Below are positions 38,201 through 51,700 of a DNA stretch of 64,000 nt, piece after piece. Below the pieces are notes generated by a model. It had not been told where the DNA came from. It was given only the letters and a program-made list of their open reading frames with translations, and did no database searches. Position numbers and translations under genes: made by a program. Within the stretch, counting starts at the first letter, position 1. Every line of letters begins with the position of its first letter. The stretch spans positions 38,812,001-38,876,000 of the forward strand of contig OZ024752.1 in NCBI GenBank assembly GCA_964016885.1, in the 5' to 3' direction. Source of the stretch: Eledone cirrhosa. Lineage: Eukaryota.

Positions 38201-41200
38201 CTTCATTTTTTTCCAGCCATTGCAAATGTTCAGCATTCAAGGCTCACATTTTGTTATCATACAGCATCCCACTTTGTACACAAACATCATATAACTTGCC
38301 CTTTAATCTGAGGAAAACTTTGTTGCCAGCAGATGTACCAGCTTCCTGAATTTCCTACTCCATATGCTAACTCTGGCTACTAAACTTTCAGTACATCCAC
38401 CTCCATTGCTAATTAGATCACCTAGGTAACAAAAGCTATGAAATATTTTAAGTGATCTTTCTGGGCATTTGAAAAAATATATTCCATGCATATTTTTTTT
38501 ATTGTTAACTACTGTCAGCTTGTCTGTAATTCCACTACACCTCTTGTACACCCATAGTTTACTCAGGGTATACCGTATGGAATTTCTACTTCTTTCCTGC
38601 ATAACAAACACAGCAATAGTAGTAAGAGTGTCCACTACATTCTTCCCTACTTACTAAAATTTTGGTCATTGTTAAGTTTACTTTAAGTCATCTCAATCCT
38701 AGGTTTTGCTTCCAGGTTTTGAATTTCTTCCCTAATTCTTCTAGCTGTTTGACTATAAGAACTAAGTCATCAACACACAGAAAGCCAGTCTTAAACTCCT
38801 CTGTTATAGCCTGAAGAGTTATAATGAATAGAAGGAAACTGACAGCTGAACCATGATGGACCCCAACCTGCATGCTAAATTTCTAACACTCACCTTACTG
38901 ACTTCACCTCTGTACATGGCTCAAAACCCTGACAATCTATTCATCCAACTAACTTTCGTAATGACCCCTCCCAGATCACAGAGCATGGGACCCTATCAAT
39001 GGCCTCCTCCATGATGACGAATGCCAAGTATACAAGGTTAAGTACTCCTCCTGTAGTTGTCTCACTAGGAAGAAACATTGCTGGCACTTCTTCCTAACAC
39101 AAAGCCAAATTCATCTCTACATTCATTCTGCCCTTCATAACTTCATTCAACAATGTAATACTTCTATAGTCACTTATTTCTATTACATCATCTCTACCCT
39201 TGTAGTAGCCAACAACATTATTATTACATCCATCATAGGGTATGACACCTTCCTGTAATACCTGACCTTTGACAGATATTTTAAATATCTTAACTCTCCA
39301 TGATGGACCAGCTGTCTCCATATCCTTAAATACTTTGGAGATTATACTGCTGGCTATCAACTTTGAAGGCTTGCCCCTCTCTTGGTTATACTTAGTGTAG
39401 ACATCTCTTTTTCTCTTATGCAACAACATGAGTGAGTGTGCCATTATCATTCCATCATACTTCTCTTCAACTATATCCAATTCCCTTTAGTGTACTGCCT
39501 TGCAATCCGGAACACACTATGGATTCTCACTTCTGAATTTCAGTCTCTTTCCTCACTAAGTATACATAATATCTAGATTCTCTGCTGCTCCCTCCCTTTC
39601 TTTCAGTCTTTCCAAGCCTGTCTCTTCTTAACATTTATGGCTGTATCTATAATACTATTTCACTGCCATAAAACAACGCAATCTACCAATGCACAACTAT
39701 GATGGCCTCTACTAAAATAGTTTGGCCTCTCTTAACATGTAAACTGTCTACCAATACCCAAAGGTATTTGATGCTCCAGTCCCTCTTCTAGTTGTCATCT
39801 ATGATGTGTCGTCCTTTAAAACCTGTGCTTCTTTTATTTTTTCCGTAGCACTGTATGATGAAATCGTTAGTATTTATGTCTGACATCCACCTTGAAGCCA
39901 CGTGAAGTTACATGGGGGTTGTAATGATTTTTTTTTTTTTTTTTTTTTTTATAAACTCAAAATAGATTTTCATTTTTCAAGTTCTATCAGAAAGAATTCT
40001 AATTGCCATATATTAAAAATAAAATAAAAATTAAAATTTAAAAAAAAAAAAATAAAAAAAAAAATAAATAAATCTTCCACAAAAATTGGATCCAAACAAT
40101 TGCGTTTTCATAAAACAGTACCTAAGACTGAATAGACTGAAATAAAAACAGCCAATATTGAATAAAAAAAACTTTCAACCATCATTGTTTCAAACCGATC
40201 AAGCTATGGAAGAAATTCAACAAATTCTTCATTTGAATTACAAAAATAAAAACACGAGTTTGTATTACTACAGACACAAATACCTAGAGTTTCATTCACA
40301 CCAACATGGATCAAGACACTGGATAAACGATACTAACAAGCAATTTGACAAAGTAGATCGGTTTGTTTATATAATGGGATGTATTTCCTTCAAAGGGGAT
40401 GGATAGCATTGATTATTATATAGAGAGAATTTTACGCTAAAACGAACATTGCTTGAAAAGCTATTACGCTTTATTCATGAGATTTACAGCTGATATAGTG
40501 AAAACTTTATTGCAAAAGGGATCCCTCTCGTTCATATGGGCATTAAAACAAAGTAATTACATCTACAGGCATTCAGGTAGCTCGTTACGAGTTGGAGCTG
40601 TTTAATAAATTATTGTAAAAATGGATACATTTTACGAAACGGAGGGTAGATATATCTAAAGCGAGACATCAACGAATCTTTTAATGATATACTTAATCAA
40701 ATGACGAAATAAACTAAACCAAAAATACAGTTTATATAGAATTGCAATATCTAAAATATTAAAACAACAATAATTTATACAAGTGATTAGAATAATTGAA
40801 TGTTGAAATGGGAATCGGAGGTTGTGGAAGATAATGTAAGAAAAGTGTAGAGTGAACTATAAAATGGTTATAAAGACGGGTGCCTATTTACTTATATATA
40901 TATATATACATATATAAATATATATATATATATATAAATGTGTAGTTCACCACTTCATTTTAGATCGTTCATATAACATCATAAACAAACAACATGAGTA
41001 ATGGTTTTATAAAACACCAGTAATAATCATTAAAGGAAACGTAGTTATCAAATAAACAAGAAATTAAAGAAAATGGTCGAAAAAGCAAACTGCTTGTTTA
41101 AATGCAAAATTAAGGATAATAATAAATACTGACAAATAAAACAACTTTGTAGTGACCAGGGGGAAAATTATGATACTACAAGAAATTGTATTATATGAAC

Positions 41201-41776
41201 ACGGACATTTAACAATAAATATTAGAATTGTTAGATACTATGAACATTTCAACAAAGTATTTCAAGGTAACTGTCGTAAAACATGATAGAATTTTATTTC
41301 AATAAAAAAAAATCTAAGAGCTTAATGATAACAGGTAGTGCTTCGAATATAAAAATGAAATATAAGAGGGGGGAAAATAAACTATCATTTGCTTTGATGG
41401 TGATGAAACATTTTTACAATATTAAAGTGTCTAGTCATAGAATATCAACAAATATATATTTTTTAACCAAATCAGGTTGTATCGGGTTAAAACCAGCAGC
41501 TAATCATTTCTCAGCGAGGCTGAAAATATGTGGGTTGCGTAAAGAGGGTTAACTAGAGAAAATCACGAGCAACTTGACTTGATGTTTTAGTTTATAACAA
41601 AATAAAATAACATTTAATATTATTTGACATGTAACCAGTTTTACACACAAGATATTTAGCTGACTTGAAATGTCATTAGATTTACGTACAACTATCATGT
41701 TTATAACAACAATATATTTGAGCATGGGGTGAGGGCCAGGAATGGTTGAATGTAAAAACCAGTGTCGTTATATATA

Positions 41777-41811
<35 letters not shown>

Positions 41812-42078
41812 GGTCCTTTTAGTCTACAATAATATCAATAATAATAATAATAATAATAAAGAGAGAGGTAACATGAGAATGTCAGGAAAATAAATCAGTT
41901 ACAAAAAATTACAAACTTACCAATTGTTCATATCAAGGAAGAAAGCACAGCCAGCAGCATTTAACTGGTCACCCAATAGCTTCTGGAATTCGGCAATGAG
42001 TACCTCTTTATCAGTTGTCCCCATGGAGCTGAACTGTTGTAATAATTTCCCGTCCAGTTCGTTGTCCTCGTCCCCCAT
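23232..42078 (-). CDS. ILRUN: ILRUN (C6orf106; UBA-like + NBR1/FW domain), 281 aa. Exons 42078-41921, 31295-31141, 27403-27206, 25761-25532, 23336-23232
   Basis: Spliced translation MGDEDNELDGKLLQQFSSMGTTDKEVLIAEFQKLLGDQLNAAGCAFFLDMNNWNLQAAICSYYDFEQ...SMSFVKDVTVGEGESVPPNTKFTKTWRLQNSG.EDSWPPG...GIYQGQWRM..GCYFGEVIWVII. All introns are GT-AG with consistent phases; the last exon is the least certain. Confidence 0.93.
23398..24035 (-). mobile_element. Three tandem family-1 SINEs in ILRUN intron 4
   Basis: Copies at 23398-23590, 23608-23822 and 23843-24035, separated by (AAAT)n tails. Confidence 0.85.
24575..24865 (+). mobile_element. RTE-like ORF2 C-terminal fragment with (GAT)n tail
   Basis: RRVKFAGHC...LVLWQP...LSYPDVISRDSG...MKDRPMWRSIV. 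Confidence 0.6.
25151..25478 (+). mobile_element. Family-2 SINE: tRNA head, CORE-like domain, RTE-derived 3' tail
   Basis: TGGCTTTGTGGTTAG / GAGTTCAATT boxes; CCTTGAGCAAGACACTTTATTTCAC (CORE-like); tail shared with the RTE 3'UTR; near-identical copy at 61064-61390. Confidence 0.8.
25845..26715 (-). mobile_element. RTE 3'UTR-derived non-autonomous element with internal duplications
   Basis: (CAT)n then TTTACGTCCG..CTTCCACGCTAGCATGGGTTAGACGGG and repeated TACAGCTGGATGCCCTTCCTAACACCAACC. Confidence 0.7.
26845..27147. repeat. 20-bp minisatellite (ATATGTGAAACCAGAGGGAT), ~12 copies plus 36-bp variants
   Basis: Seen directly, ~60 nt from the ILRUN exon 3 donor. Confidence 0.9.
27643..30288 (+). 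mobile_element. 5'-truncated RTE-clade LINE (RT domain + 3'UTR + (GAT)n tail), inactivated
   Basis: KAAGPSEI, YKGKGD..DRSNYRGIKL, QFGF..GKSTTDA, FVDLEK, GVHQGSVLSPLLF, LLYVDDL, RRLRWYGHVMR, GRPRKTW. In-frame TGA at 28552-54 and a frameshift near 29180. Confidence 0.95.
30420..30830 (+). mobile_element. Degraded RTE fragments
   Basis: NVGVRLHQGCILSPLLFII and a degenerate RP.GRP..RWLD. Confidence 0.6.
31337..31640 (-). mobile_element. Two truncated family-1 SINEs
   Basis: GGCACAAG..CAACAATTTGGGG...CTGGTACTT.ATTTTAT.GAC.CCATAAGGATGAAA. Confidence 0.75.
32726..33398. mobile_element. Inverted pair of family-A MITEs (32726-32952 -, 33172-33398 +)
   Basis: CCCTTTAGCATTTA TIRs with TTAA ends. Confidence 0.8.
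33913..35039 (+). mobile_element. Family-A MITE with an internally expanded minisatellite (4 x 60 bp then ~10 x 73 bp)
   Basis: Intact MITE left end, tandem copies of the MITE subterminal segment at 34058-35030, then a degenerate right end TAAATGCTAATAAGGTTAA. Confidence 0.9.
35341..35535. mobile_element. Tc1/mariner-superfamily (pogo/Tc2-like) MITE
   Basis: TIRs CCGTATATACTCGAATATAAGCCGA / TCGGCTTATATTTGAGTATGTACGG, with TA on the left. Confidence 0.7.
37510..39700 (-). mobile_element. Older, heavily decayed RTE LINE, interrupted by family-A MITEs at 37661-38045
   Basis: YYKGRDD...DYRSITLL, QVGVHHGSAVSFLLFIITLQAITEEFKTG, WVYKRCSGIT, FCYLGDLISNGGGC parallel the LINE at 27643. Confidence 0.85.
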
Positions 42079-43529
42079 TTTTCTGAATTGATTTCAGTTA
42101 TATAAATAATTTTGGAGGATGCTTTGTTGTTCTTAAAACCTAAATATGGTAATTGGTAAACGCCAAGAATATGTCAGTGCTTGTTTGTTGTGTGTTCCTA
42201 TCTGTAGGCAGGATTGTATATGTGTGTGTGTGTGTCTGTGTATTTTTTTTTTTTATGTACACATACACATTACACATGGACTTGAATTAAGAGGAAAGTC
42301 TCATGTCGTTTTTCATTTTACATATTACCGTTCTGCGTTCTAAACGAAAGGTAGAACACCCCCAAGGAACGGTGAAATACAATATTTAAAATGGTTTGGT
42401 TTTTGGTTCTAGTGCTTGGCTAGTAGTTGGTCGTGTCTTGTCGTTCGTCTCGATCTGTTATTGTTGTTAATCTTGCTACTGATGGTAGTAGTGGTGGTGG
42501 AGTTATCGCAGTCGATGTAGTTCTGGATTCCAAAGTAACAATTACCACCACTGCGTATAAACTTAGCTTAGCTTACATTCCTTTTTATGTCTTCTTTTTT
42601 TCAGCTTACTTTACTTTACTTAGTATTATTTGGAGGAATTGCAACAACAACAACCAAAAAAACTACACTCATACACAACAAACAAGATATAAGATGATAA
42701 ATTAAAAAAAAACAAAAAAAAACTAGTTTGATAAGGAGTGTTTCTCTGTGGGTTAACGCAACATTAAAAACTGAATACTTAAAATAATATCTATATATAT
42801 ATATATATAGATATATATATATAAATGAAAAAGAATCAAAAGTTAAATCAGTCGTGATTTACTTTCCATTCACAGAAAAACCTTATCTGCTTTCCTTGTC
42901 AACTTACGAGACCAGTAGAAAATGTACTAAACACTTTACACGTGTTTGAATACACTGACATTATTTACATTGAAGATTCAGAGGTTAAGCATCTTCAACG
43001 ATTCGACTACGATTTCGGTCAGTAAATTTACTCAACTTTCTTACTACAGAAATCTATAGTTTATTTCCTTCATATACGTTCTTCTAGTTTTGTTTATAAT
43101 CTTTATTTGTGTTTTAAAACATTTCATCACATATTTTCTCGTCTCTCTTCTTTCTGTCAGATCCCTTCTTGTTGGTTTATTTTAATTATATTATTTTGGC
43201 AGACAGATTAAAAGAGTTGTTCTCTTTCGAATGTTGCCTCAAGAGGGCTGGCTAGGTTGACGGGGTCATTACTACTAGTTTTAAACCCAGCTTACCTTAC
43301 CTCTCTTGGTAGTACTGCTGTTCTCTCCCACTAGATCTTTATCTTTATTTTGTGTGTGTGCGTGTGTGTGTGTGGAGTGGAGTGGCTTCTATGCATATGT
43401 ATATACATATACATATATTTTCTTGGTTTGTTTTCCTTCGCTCAATTCTATCCTACAAGTACCAAGTACGATAGCTTACGATACAGTCGTTCATCCATTT
43501 CAAGACCCGAAACGAGTGCTTGGCTATAA

Positions 43530-43560
43530 TGACGTCACAAAACTTTTGGCGCATGCTCAC
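43530..43560. promoter_or_regulatory. Candidate ILRUN promoter: palindromic CRE TGACGTCA plus NRF1-like GCGCATGC
   Basis: TGACGTCA at 43530-43537 in a locally CpG-richer patch; upstream on the minus strand of tandem GTAAG donors at 43291-43300. Confidence 0.4.
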
Positions 43561-43736
43561 AGACGACGCTACAGCTTCATTGAGCTGTCATGCCCACAAA
43601 AGCTTATGTTTGGTAAAGGGGAAAAAAAAATAGTCGACATGTTTTGAACATGTTACTCAACTGTTACTTCACCTATCGCTTCCCAGAAAAAAAAAACTAT
43701 TACATTACTTACAACTACCGTTATCATCATTATTAT

Positions 43737-44140
43737 GCAGTATTTAAAATAAATGATTTTTTTTATATAACTAAAAAAATATATATATATTTTAAACAAT
43801 TTTTATTTAGATTTTATAAACTCTTATTCGTCCAAAGTATTAAAAAAAATTTAGCCCCGACATCATCATCATTGTTACACTGTCCTTGTCTTTTTGTATT
43901 GTTCCCTATATGTAGGCCCTTGTGGCCAATAAAGAAAGAATTATTATTTTGCAGTATTTAAAATAAATTATTTTTCATATAACTGAAAAAAAAAAAAAAT
44001 ATCTTTATTTTTAATTTTTTTATATTCATTTTATAAACCCTTTCGTCCAAAGTATCAAAAAAAAATTAGCTCCCGACATAATTATTATTATTTTGCAGCA
44101 TTCAAAATAAATGTTTGTTATATAACAGGAAAAAAATTTT
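43737..44140. repeat. Diverged tandem repeat (~130-bp unit, 2 copies + partial)
   Basis: GCAGTATTTAAAATAAAT...TTTTATAAAC.C.TT.TTCGTCCAAAGTAT.AAAAAAAA.TTAGC.CCGACAT repeated. Confidence 0.7.
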
Positions 44141-46459
44141 TTTTTTTTTTTTTTTCCACAATTTTCATTTTTACTTTTCAAATTCTTTCGTGAAAAGTTA
44201 TTTTTTAAAATTAAAAATTTAGTCACACATAGATTGGAAAAGGGATTTTACAGACTAATTTTTTTTTATTTTTTTTTTTTTAAATTCATATCGGACTGAA
44301 TTAGTTCGAAAGTAACTAGAATTACAATAGGTATTAAAACATTTTAAACTGTTGCCGATTGACGTTTTCACTGATATTAGACAAATATATGACTTTGAAA
44401 TATATCTATTGATAGTAACTATATGATATTTACAATTAAAAAATATATAAATAATATTATAAGCAACGAAGGATAGGAGACAGAAGGTAGGGGCAAACCC
44501 TACACTCCCAGTCTGAAGGGATTAGGTTATGAACTTACACTACTGGTAGAAAAAAATACTAAATCTTTTTCACATATACGTATTAGAATTTGACATTAAA
44601 CTATGATTAATAAATATAATAAGCAAAATAGATTATCTGTGTGCACAACAACCGGAAATATATTTATCATCGTCAAAATAAACAATTTATCAGCATAATT
44701 ATTGTTAGCGACCCGTGTTAAAATAATGTCTCCATTCATAAACAAGACAGAAATCTATGGAGGGAGGGTGTCCTATCACTTGATCTTTTAAAAATAATAA
44801 CCTAAACTTCCTTAACTCTTAAATGATTTAGAGGAAAATATGTAAAAACAAGTTTGTTAATTCAAATGTTTATATATTTTTTTACTACTGGAAAGATTGT
44901 TGTAATAATTTGCAGTATGGGGCTAATCCAGAGTGCCGCGAAATTTTGAACGGCACACGAAGAACAAAAATATTATATATGAAACAGTTGATAAATATAT
45001 ATGAAAAATATTATTTTTCATATATATTTAGCCAGGTGTGCCGTTGACCAAAAAAAAAAAAAAAGGTTGAGAACCACTGATGTAATCATAATTAATGCAA
45101 CTTTAGCAAGACATCCCCTCTACGGTATAAAGTGGTTTCATGTGGTACAGGACGTTAAGAGTTAAATCACAATTCTTTCCCCTTTTCTCATAACTTATTA
45201 ATTTTGCTTTTCCATATTTATGTAATTATTAAAATCAAATATAATTCATATATCTGTGATACATTCTTTAAATCGAATGACTGAGATGCCTTTGATAAGA
45301 ACAACAACAAAAGTCAGTTCGATTCAGTTAACACTTTCTCCTACAAACTAGTTTATGTAGGCACAAGGTCTCGAATTTGGGGAAATGGGTATAATCGATT
45401 AGATCAACTCCAGTATTCGTAATTTAGACGATAATAGCCATTCGACCTTTAGATATGTTTGGTAAGAGGAGTATTAGTTACGCAAGTGATACGATTACAA
45501 TCAAAATTTTATAACCAAGCTACAAATTCGACTTGATTGCTGGAACGCCGGTCCGCCCGGCGTAATGCTGTTTACCATTGCTAAAGGCTTCATGTTCAGT
45601 TCGTAAAGTATTTTCGGTTATCAGTGTGTGTCCCAACACACACCACATACATTTATATTACAATAGAAGTATCACCGGTCGCCCTCCAATAGATTTGTGG
45701 TAGAGTCTATGGCAATGGAGACTTCTGGCTTTATTGGTTACCGGACATCCCTACTTAGTTATCAGGGGGAGTTGGTTACTCGCAAATGAGAGACCAATGA
45801 TATTTAGTGGCTGTTCCAACGCCATCCTCTAGCGCAATGTCTTCTCCATCTCTTCGCTGGGACCACCAAGCCGTCTAACCATTAAACATACAATTCAGTG
45901 ACACCTTTGTGGTCACACACGCATGTTTATTACAAAACGTCTTCGTTGTTTCGACACAAAATTATATATATATATATATATATAACTTTCACAGTTGTAT
46001 ATTCTCTATCAGCTGGCGAGCGAAGATCGTGATTTCTACATTTTCTATCCCCAACAGTATTTCTCGACTGGTGCCAAGCAGCACTCATGCTTTTTTTTTT
46101 TTTAAAACCCACTTTCCGCTATCTGTGCAACCAGCCAACGATTTTGTTATACAACTGGCTGGGGAGGGGATTCGTTATCAACCCATTTGGGTGATTTAAA
46201 GGGGAGGGTACTTATCTTACAACAGTTAAAACATTTAGCATATGAGCAATGAATGATTTCTAGCCATTTAGTATTGAAACGAGCCGTATACGGCCAGATT
46301 TCTTACCTTTGTTCAAACCAGCCATAAATGGCCGCTCATACTGACGTTAAGGTATTCTCAAAATCTTGTAGATTCGATATTATGTAAAATAAAGTCTTTA
46401 AACACCAAAATACTATAGTATATATATATAGAGTAATGTAAATGCTAAAGGGTTGGACA

Positions 46460-47600
46460 GAATAGTTAGTATGGAGTCCATAGAGATGGATATAGCATGG
46501 AAGAGAATGTCAGACGACATTGAATCAGTTCTGAAAAAACAAATATTGTAATAGACGTATAAGAATGGGCAGAGAAGACCACATCTCTAAGTCAGATTCA
46601 GTCAATCTTTATATGGATGCAGTTTAAGAAGTGTGTACAACACCAGTACTCATGGGTGAAGTATTTTCTGAACTTGAACTAAAGAGTCACCTTTGCAATG
46701 CTACGTGATCTTCATAGACAGTAAGGCCTAGTATTTAGAACAATCATGAGAGCTAGATATACGATGAGCAATGTATATAAATATGAGAGAATGCTGGCTT
46801 ATTGGTTGGCAAGTGTTTAGTTTACATGTGGATGAAGCATATTCAGGGGAAGAGTGTTATCATCATCATGTGTAAAATTGGGTGTTAGAATGTGACAGCA
46901 AGTTCATTGGTGTATAGGAGGAAAAGTGAGGACAAAGTATAACCCTGAGGGACAGAGAGCCCTATCATTACACTACAAGAGTGTAATTTGATAAGATGCT
47001 ATCAAGAGTTGAAAGAAAGAAAACTTGTACGATACGGAGGCAAATGAAAAATTAATCAACTGCCAGACACTATCAAAAGTTTTGCTAAATGTCATGGGGG
47101 AAAACTAGAGCCCAATGATAAATAGAGAAGATATGGCTTGAGAGAAGACCAAGAAATTCATTGTTGGATAGAGAACATTATTAATGGTTAGTTTCCGGTG
47201 CATTTAGAATTTGGTGGAAACAAGATTGCTTTTCTTGGGATTGGAACACGTAACGTGTTACAAAAGATCAGGAGAGAGAAAGAGAGCAAAGAATTTGTTG
47301 AGGATAGCTAGGACCAAAGATGTGGTGGGCACCGGAAACTTCTCAATTAGATGAATGACAACCTAAGACGGCAAGTCTCATATGCAAAATGAGGATAGCT
47401 CTGGAACACAACAGAGGGTAATGAAAAGGAAACTGTCATAAAGGTCAGCTGTAAGTTGAGCTTAAGATTTTTGTGATGGATGTAAGCTTCTTTGACAGTG
47501 CAACTATTAGTAAACCCCATATGCAAGACAAAAGGATATCCTTCAAAGAAATAAAAAGTTCCAGCCACATACTTAGCCGTTTCTTACAGGTCATAAATGA
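46460..47600 (-). mobile_element. Decayed CR1/L2/Jockey-like LINE RT fragment
   Basis: Minus strand SKTFDSVW, SVPQGYTLSSLFLLYTNEL and a degenerate DD box. Confidence 0.6.
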
Positions 47601-48061
47601 AGCACATATCAGGTTTAAGTTGTTCAACCCTGCTCATATTCAGCCAAATTCTCACTTTTCTGTTCAAACCAGCCACAACTGGCTGCTCATACTTATGTTA
47701 AAGTATTGTTCTTAAAATAATATCAAAATCTCGTAGATTCAATACTATGAGATAAAGTGTTTATATTTAATCTTGTATTTTCACGGTAGAGTAATGTAAA
47801 TGTTAAAGAAAAAAAAAATCTCGTAGATTCAACTAAATTGTCACAATAAACTCAACACAATTCTCCAATTTACAAAATATACCAACAAAAACGGACAATC
47901 ATACAAATAACATCAAATAATTTCTGAAAATGCTTTATATATATTTATCGACTAACCCCCTACCCCACAAAATGATATTAAATGCACAAATGACTTCAAC
48001 AAAAAAAAAAAAAAAAAAAACCCAATCAACAAAATTGAAAGTTAACTAAGTCAAAATAGTC

Positions 48062-48067
48062 TTTATT
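48062..48067 (-). promoter_or_regulatory. Candidate polyadenylation signal of NAP1L1
   Basis: TTTATT (AATAAA on minus) ~650 nt past the stop. Confidence 0.4.
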
Positions 48068-48719
48068 CAAAGAATATTTCAGAAAAAGATTGCATGGAGA
48101 GGGTCCAATTTTTTTTATTATTATTTTTTTTTTTATTTTTTTTTTTTGCACAAAATAAATTTCCAATGTTTTCACTTAAACATGGTTAAAAAGGAAGTAA
48201 CCTGTAGCTATGGCCAAGGAATCAAGTGCACAGACAGAAAGATTAAAATATAACAAATAAAGTAGACCATGAAAAGCACACGTGCACAACATTGGAGGTT
48301 TATTTTGTTCAGTTTCTAGAAGCAGCTTTTTATCCCTCATGTTTTCCTCTCTTGAGAAAGAGATTAAGCACAAGAAAATTCAAGTAAATATTATATAAAG
48401 GAATAGATATCCCTTAAGTGTTCTTGGTCACAATATCTTAATCTTTGATAAGGTGAAGAAAAAAAAAAAAAAATAATAACAGCAACTTCTATTTTATTTT
48501 TGGTTTATTGTAACCCACCTCAATCAGTCTCAACAGATCATTTTTTTTTTTTTATGCCAACACTGTAAACTGAGAAAAAAAAGTTCTCAATTTCCCACCC
48601 ACCCTGTTATATTTGACATTGCAGATAGAAGAGTGATGACCCATCATTGATCAAATGTTCCTTTGGCTGTTTTCTAAGTTGATGGTTGGTTTCAGTTTCT
48701 GACATCTTGCTGCACTGGT

Positions 48720-51700
48720 TCATTGTTGTTTACAGTCCTTCTTCCCTTGTTCGGACTGAAAATTGAAAAAAATAGTTAATCAGATCAAAGTCTTAAGTAT
48801 GTAATTTAAACTTACAGATTTACAATGAACACACACTAGCAGGGCTCTGAACTTGGTGTTTTATAGCTAAATTTATCCATCAACAAACGGTTTAAAACAT
48901 TTACGTAAGTCCAATATGAATTCAAATGGTTTATATTCTTTTGAAGTATATAATGACCAAGCTATTTATTAATAATTTATTTCCTTACCAAGTGCTGTAT
49001 GTGCACACAAATAGCTTTAGCTCAAAGCCCAGTGAACAAAATGTTACTCTAGTAGCAAATACATTTACATTGAACAGTTATATACATTTATGATTAGTTA
49101 TCTTCATTTACAATATAGTTATGTACACTTACAATATAGTTCTGTAAATTAAAATGTCTAAAGTTAGTGAAGGAAAATATTTTACAATATTTTGTGACAA
49201 ACACATATTGATAGGGAATTATCTTTGGTGTAGACTCCAAATATTCTGTCTTGGAATCTCAAGTCTCAGTAGGGATTTAGTAAACCAAAAGGAGCATATA
49301 TATATTTATAATAAATTAAAAATGAAAATATAATTGATAAATTGATTATAGTGCTTAATGTCAAATTCAGCCTAATCAAGTTTTTTTAAAAGAAACTTTA
49401 TAATAGTTGCTATTTAAAAAACAAAACAAAAACAAAAACTCCCAAAATAAAATAATGCAATCAGTATAAATAAACCAACACCAGACAATATTAGTGGGTT
49501 TTTCAAAGTTAACCATTAAGTGAGTCATTGTGTAACAAGCAACTAAAATCTAGAGAAATTAAATGTCCTATCAAAATTAGTGATTAGAATTTAAATTCTA
49601 GTCTATAACGAATCACTGGTTTATAGTTATAATCAGAAATATTTTAACCCTTGATTTTGAAAAAAAAATATCTTAAAAAACCAGGTTTGCTAATTTAAAT
49701 ATTTTAAAGTATATCTACTACTGGGCAAATTATGAAAATTTGCAACATTAGAGTTAAAACTGATTGTTAATGTGATTGTGATTAAATCATAGCACTATTT
49801 TATATTTTTGAAAAATGTCTTGCTAATGCAGTTTCCTGTGGTTCGGGACGTTAGGAAGTTAAAAAAAATATGCATTTTCTTTAGAGGATAGCTGTCGATT
49901 GTACATAAGTGTAAAAGTATTTGGGATTATATATAGCAGGGTTCAGTTATTGAGAGCAGGATTAAAGCAATAGTGTAATAAAAGCAAATGTGATGAAGAA
50001 TTGTGATTGGTGATAGTGGCCTTTAGTAGCTGAGTAAGATAGGTTCAATTAAGGGGGGAAAAAAGTTGAAAAAAAAGTGTCTAAAAAACAATATCTTCTC
50101 GTTACCAAACACATCAATGAAAACATACAAAATAACACCAATCCGACTGAAAACCCTAAATATACCTGCAAACGTAGATTGTTCTTGATTTAAGAATCCA
50201 ACAGATTATAAATACATATACACATACAAAACTATTCAAAGCCAAAAAAAGAGTTTCAAAATCAAGTCTCAAATTTCTAAAGCAAAAAACTACTTCCATT
50301 AGAAGAAAATTTAACTTATTCTAAATACTGCCATTGTAACAGGGAAATAGTATACCCATTATCTATTTTACATCCACTTTCCCTGTTAATAAATATCTAG
50401 TAACTAAACATCCATTCGAAATGTTATACACAGACAAACTCTTATCTATCTATGTATGTATGTGTGTGTTTTTATATCAAAGAGTAGACTTCCAAGACAA
50501 CTCCACAGCAAAAAATTTGAAAAGAAACTAATATATGACTAAGGAGAAAGTATTCAGAACTGACCGAACCAATTCTTAAACCAAACTGATTTCCATCCTC
50601 TCCACGTCCATTAAGTCATACATGTTCCTCAAAAGGACAAAAAAAAATTGTGTTAGTGTTAAAAATCATGGATGTTAGGTGTTGAGGTCTTACCTCAGGA
50701 TTATAGTCTGGGTCATTTTCTCCATCAAACTCGTCACCTTCATGCTGAAAGGAAGCAAAGTAAGACAGCCCATGCAACAAGTGTGCACTTTAACTAGCAA
50801 ATTAAAGCAGGACAACAGACATGCCAGGATACCAACCACCAGAGCTTCACATTAACATAACAGACACACACCTAACACTTTCGGTTTTTTTACACACGCA
50901 TATATAGATAACTGGTACAAATTAACACTTATGCCAAAGTAATCTAAACTGCCCAAAGGCTATATATATATATATATTATATATATGTATATTTTTTTTT
51001 TTAATGTATAGGAAAAACATACTAGGTGTAAAGTATAGAAAAATGAAGAATTTTATCAAAACTTTGTTCTTTTACATGTTTCAATACAATATAAATCTAC
51101 ATAATGCTGGTTGCATAATAATAATACACCTATTAACTGGCAATACATTAAATATTGCATTTCTTCAGAAAGATTTCAAAAAGATTTTAAAGTACAAGCT
51201 AAGTTCGTCCATCGCATCTTGCAGTGAAGATATTTCTACTGCTATCCACTGTGAATAAAAGGCAACCAAAATTCTAACAGATTCTGCTTGTTATGCAAAT
51301 TTTCTAATGTAAAAATATATACACACACACACACATACACATACACAGAAGTAATGTGCAATAATTAATTTTTAAAAAAAGGGGGGAAAAATAAGTGGGA
51401 AAATTTACAACAGCTGACAAATACAACAGTAACAAAAACTACAATTAATGACCCTACCTTAGGATACCCACTAGTGATTAAAAAGAAAGGAAAAAAAGAA
51501 AAGAAAAGAAAAAAGGACACAAAGTTACAATGCCAGATCTGGAACAATCCATAAAGTTTCAAGACCAGAAAATAAGAGTGAAATGCTATAGACAAAAGTT
51601 AGGAAACATTGGCAGACATTTTAAGTTCTGAAATGTAAGGTTCGGTAGAGGGAAAAAAATAAAATTAAATTAAATGAAACCCTTGGCCTCTCTCAGCTTT

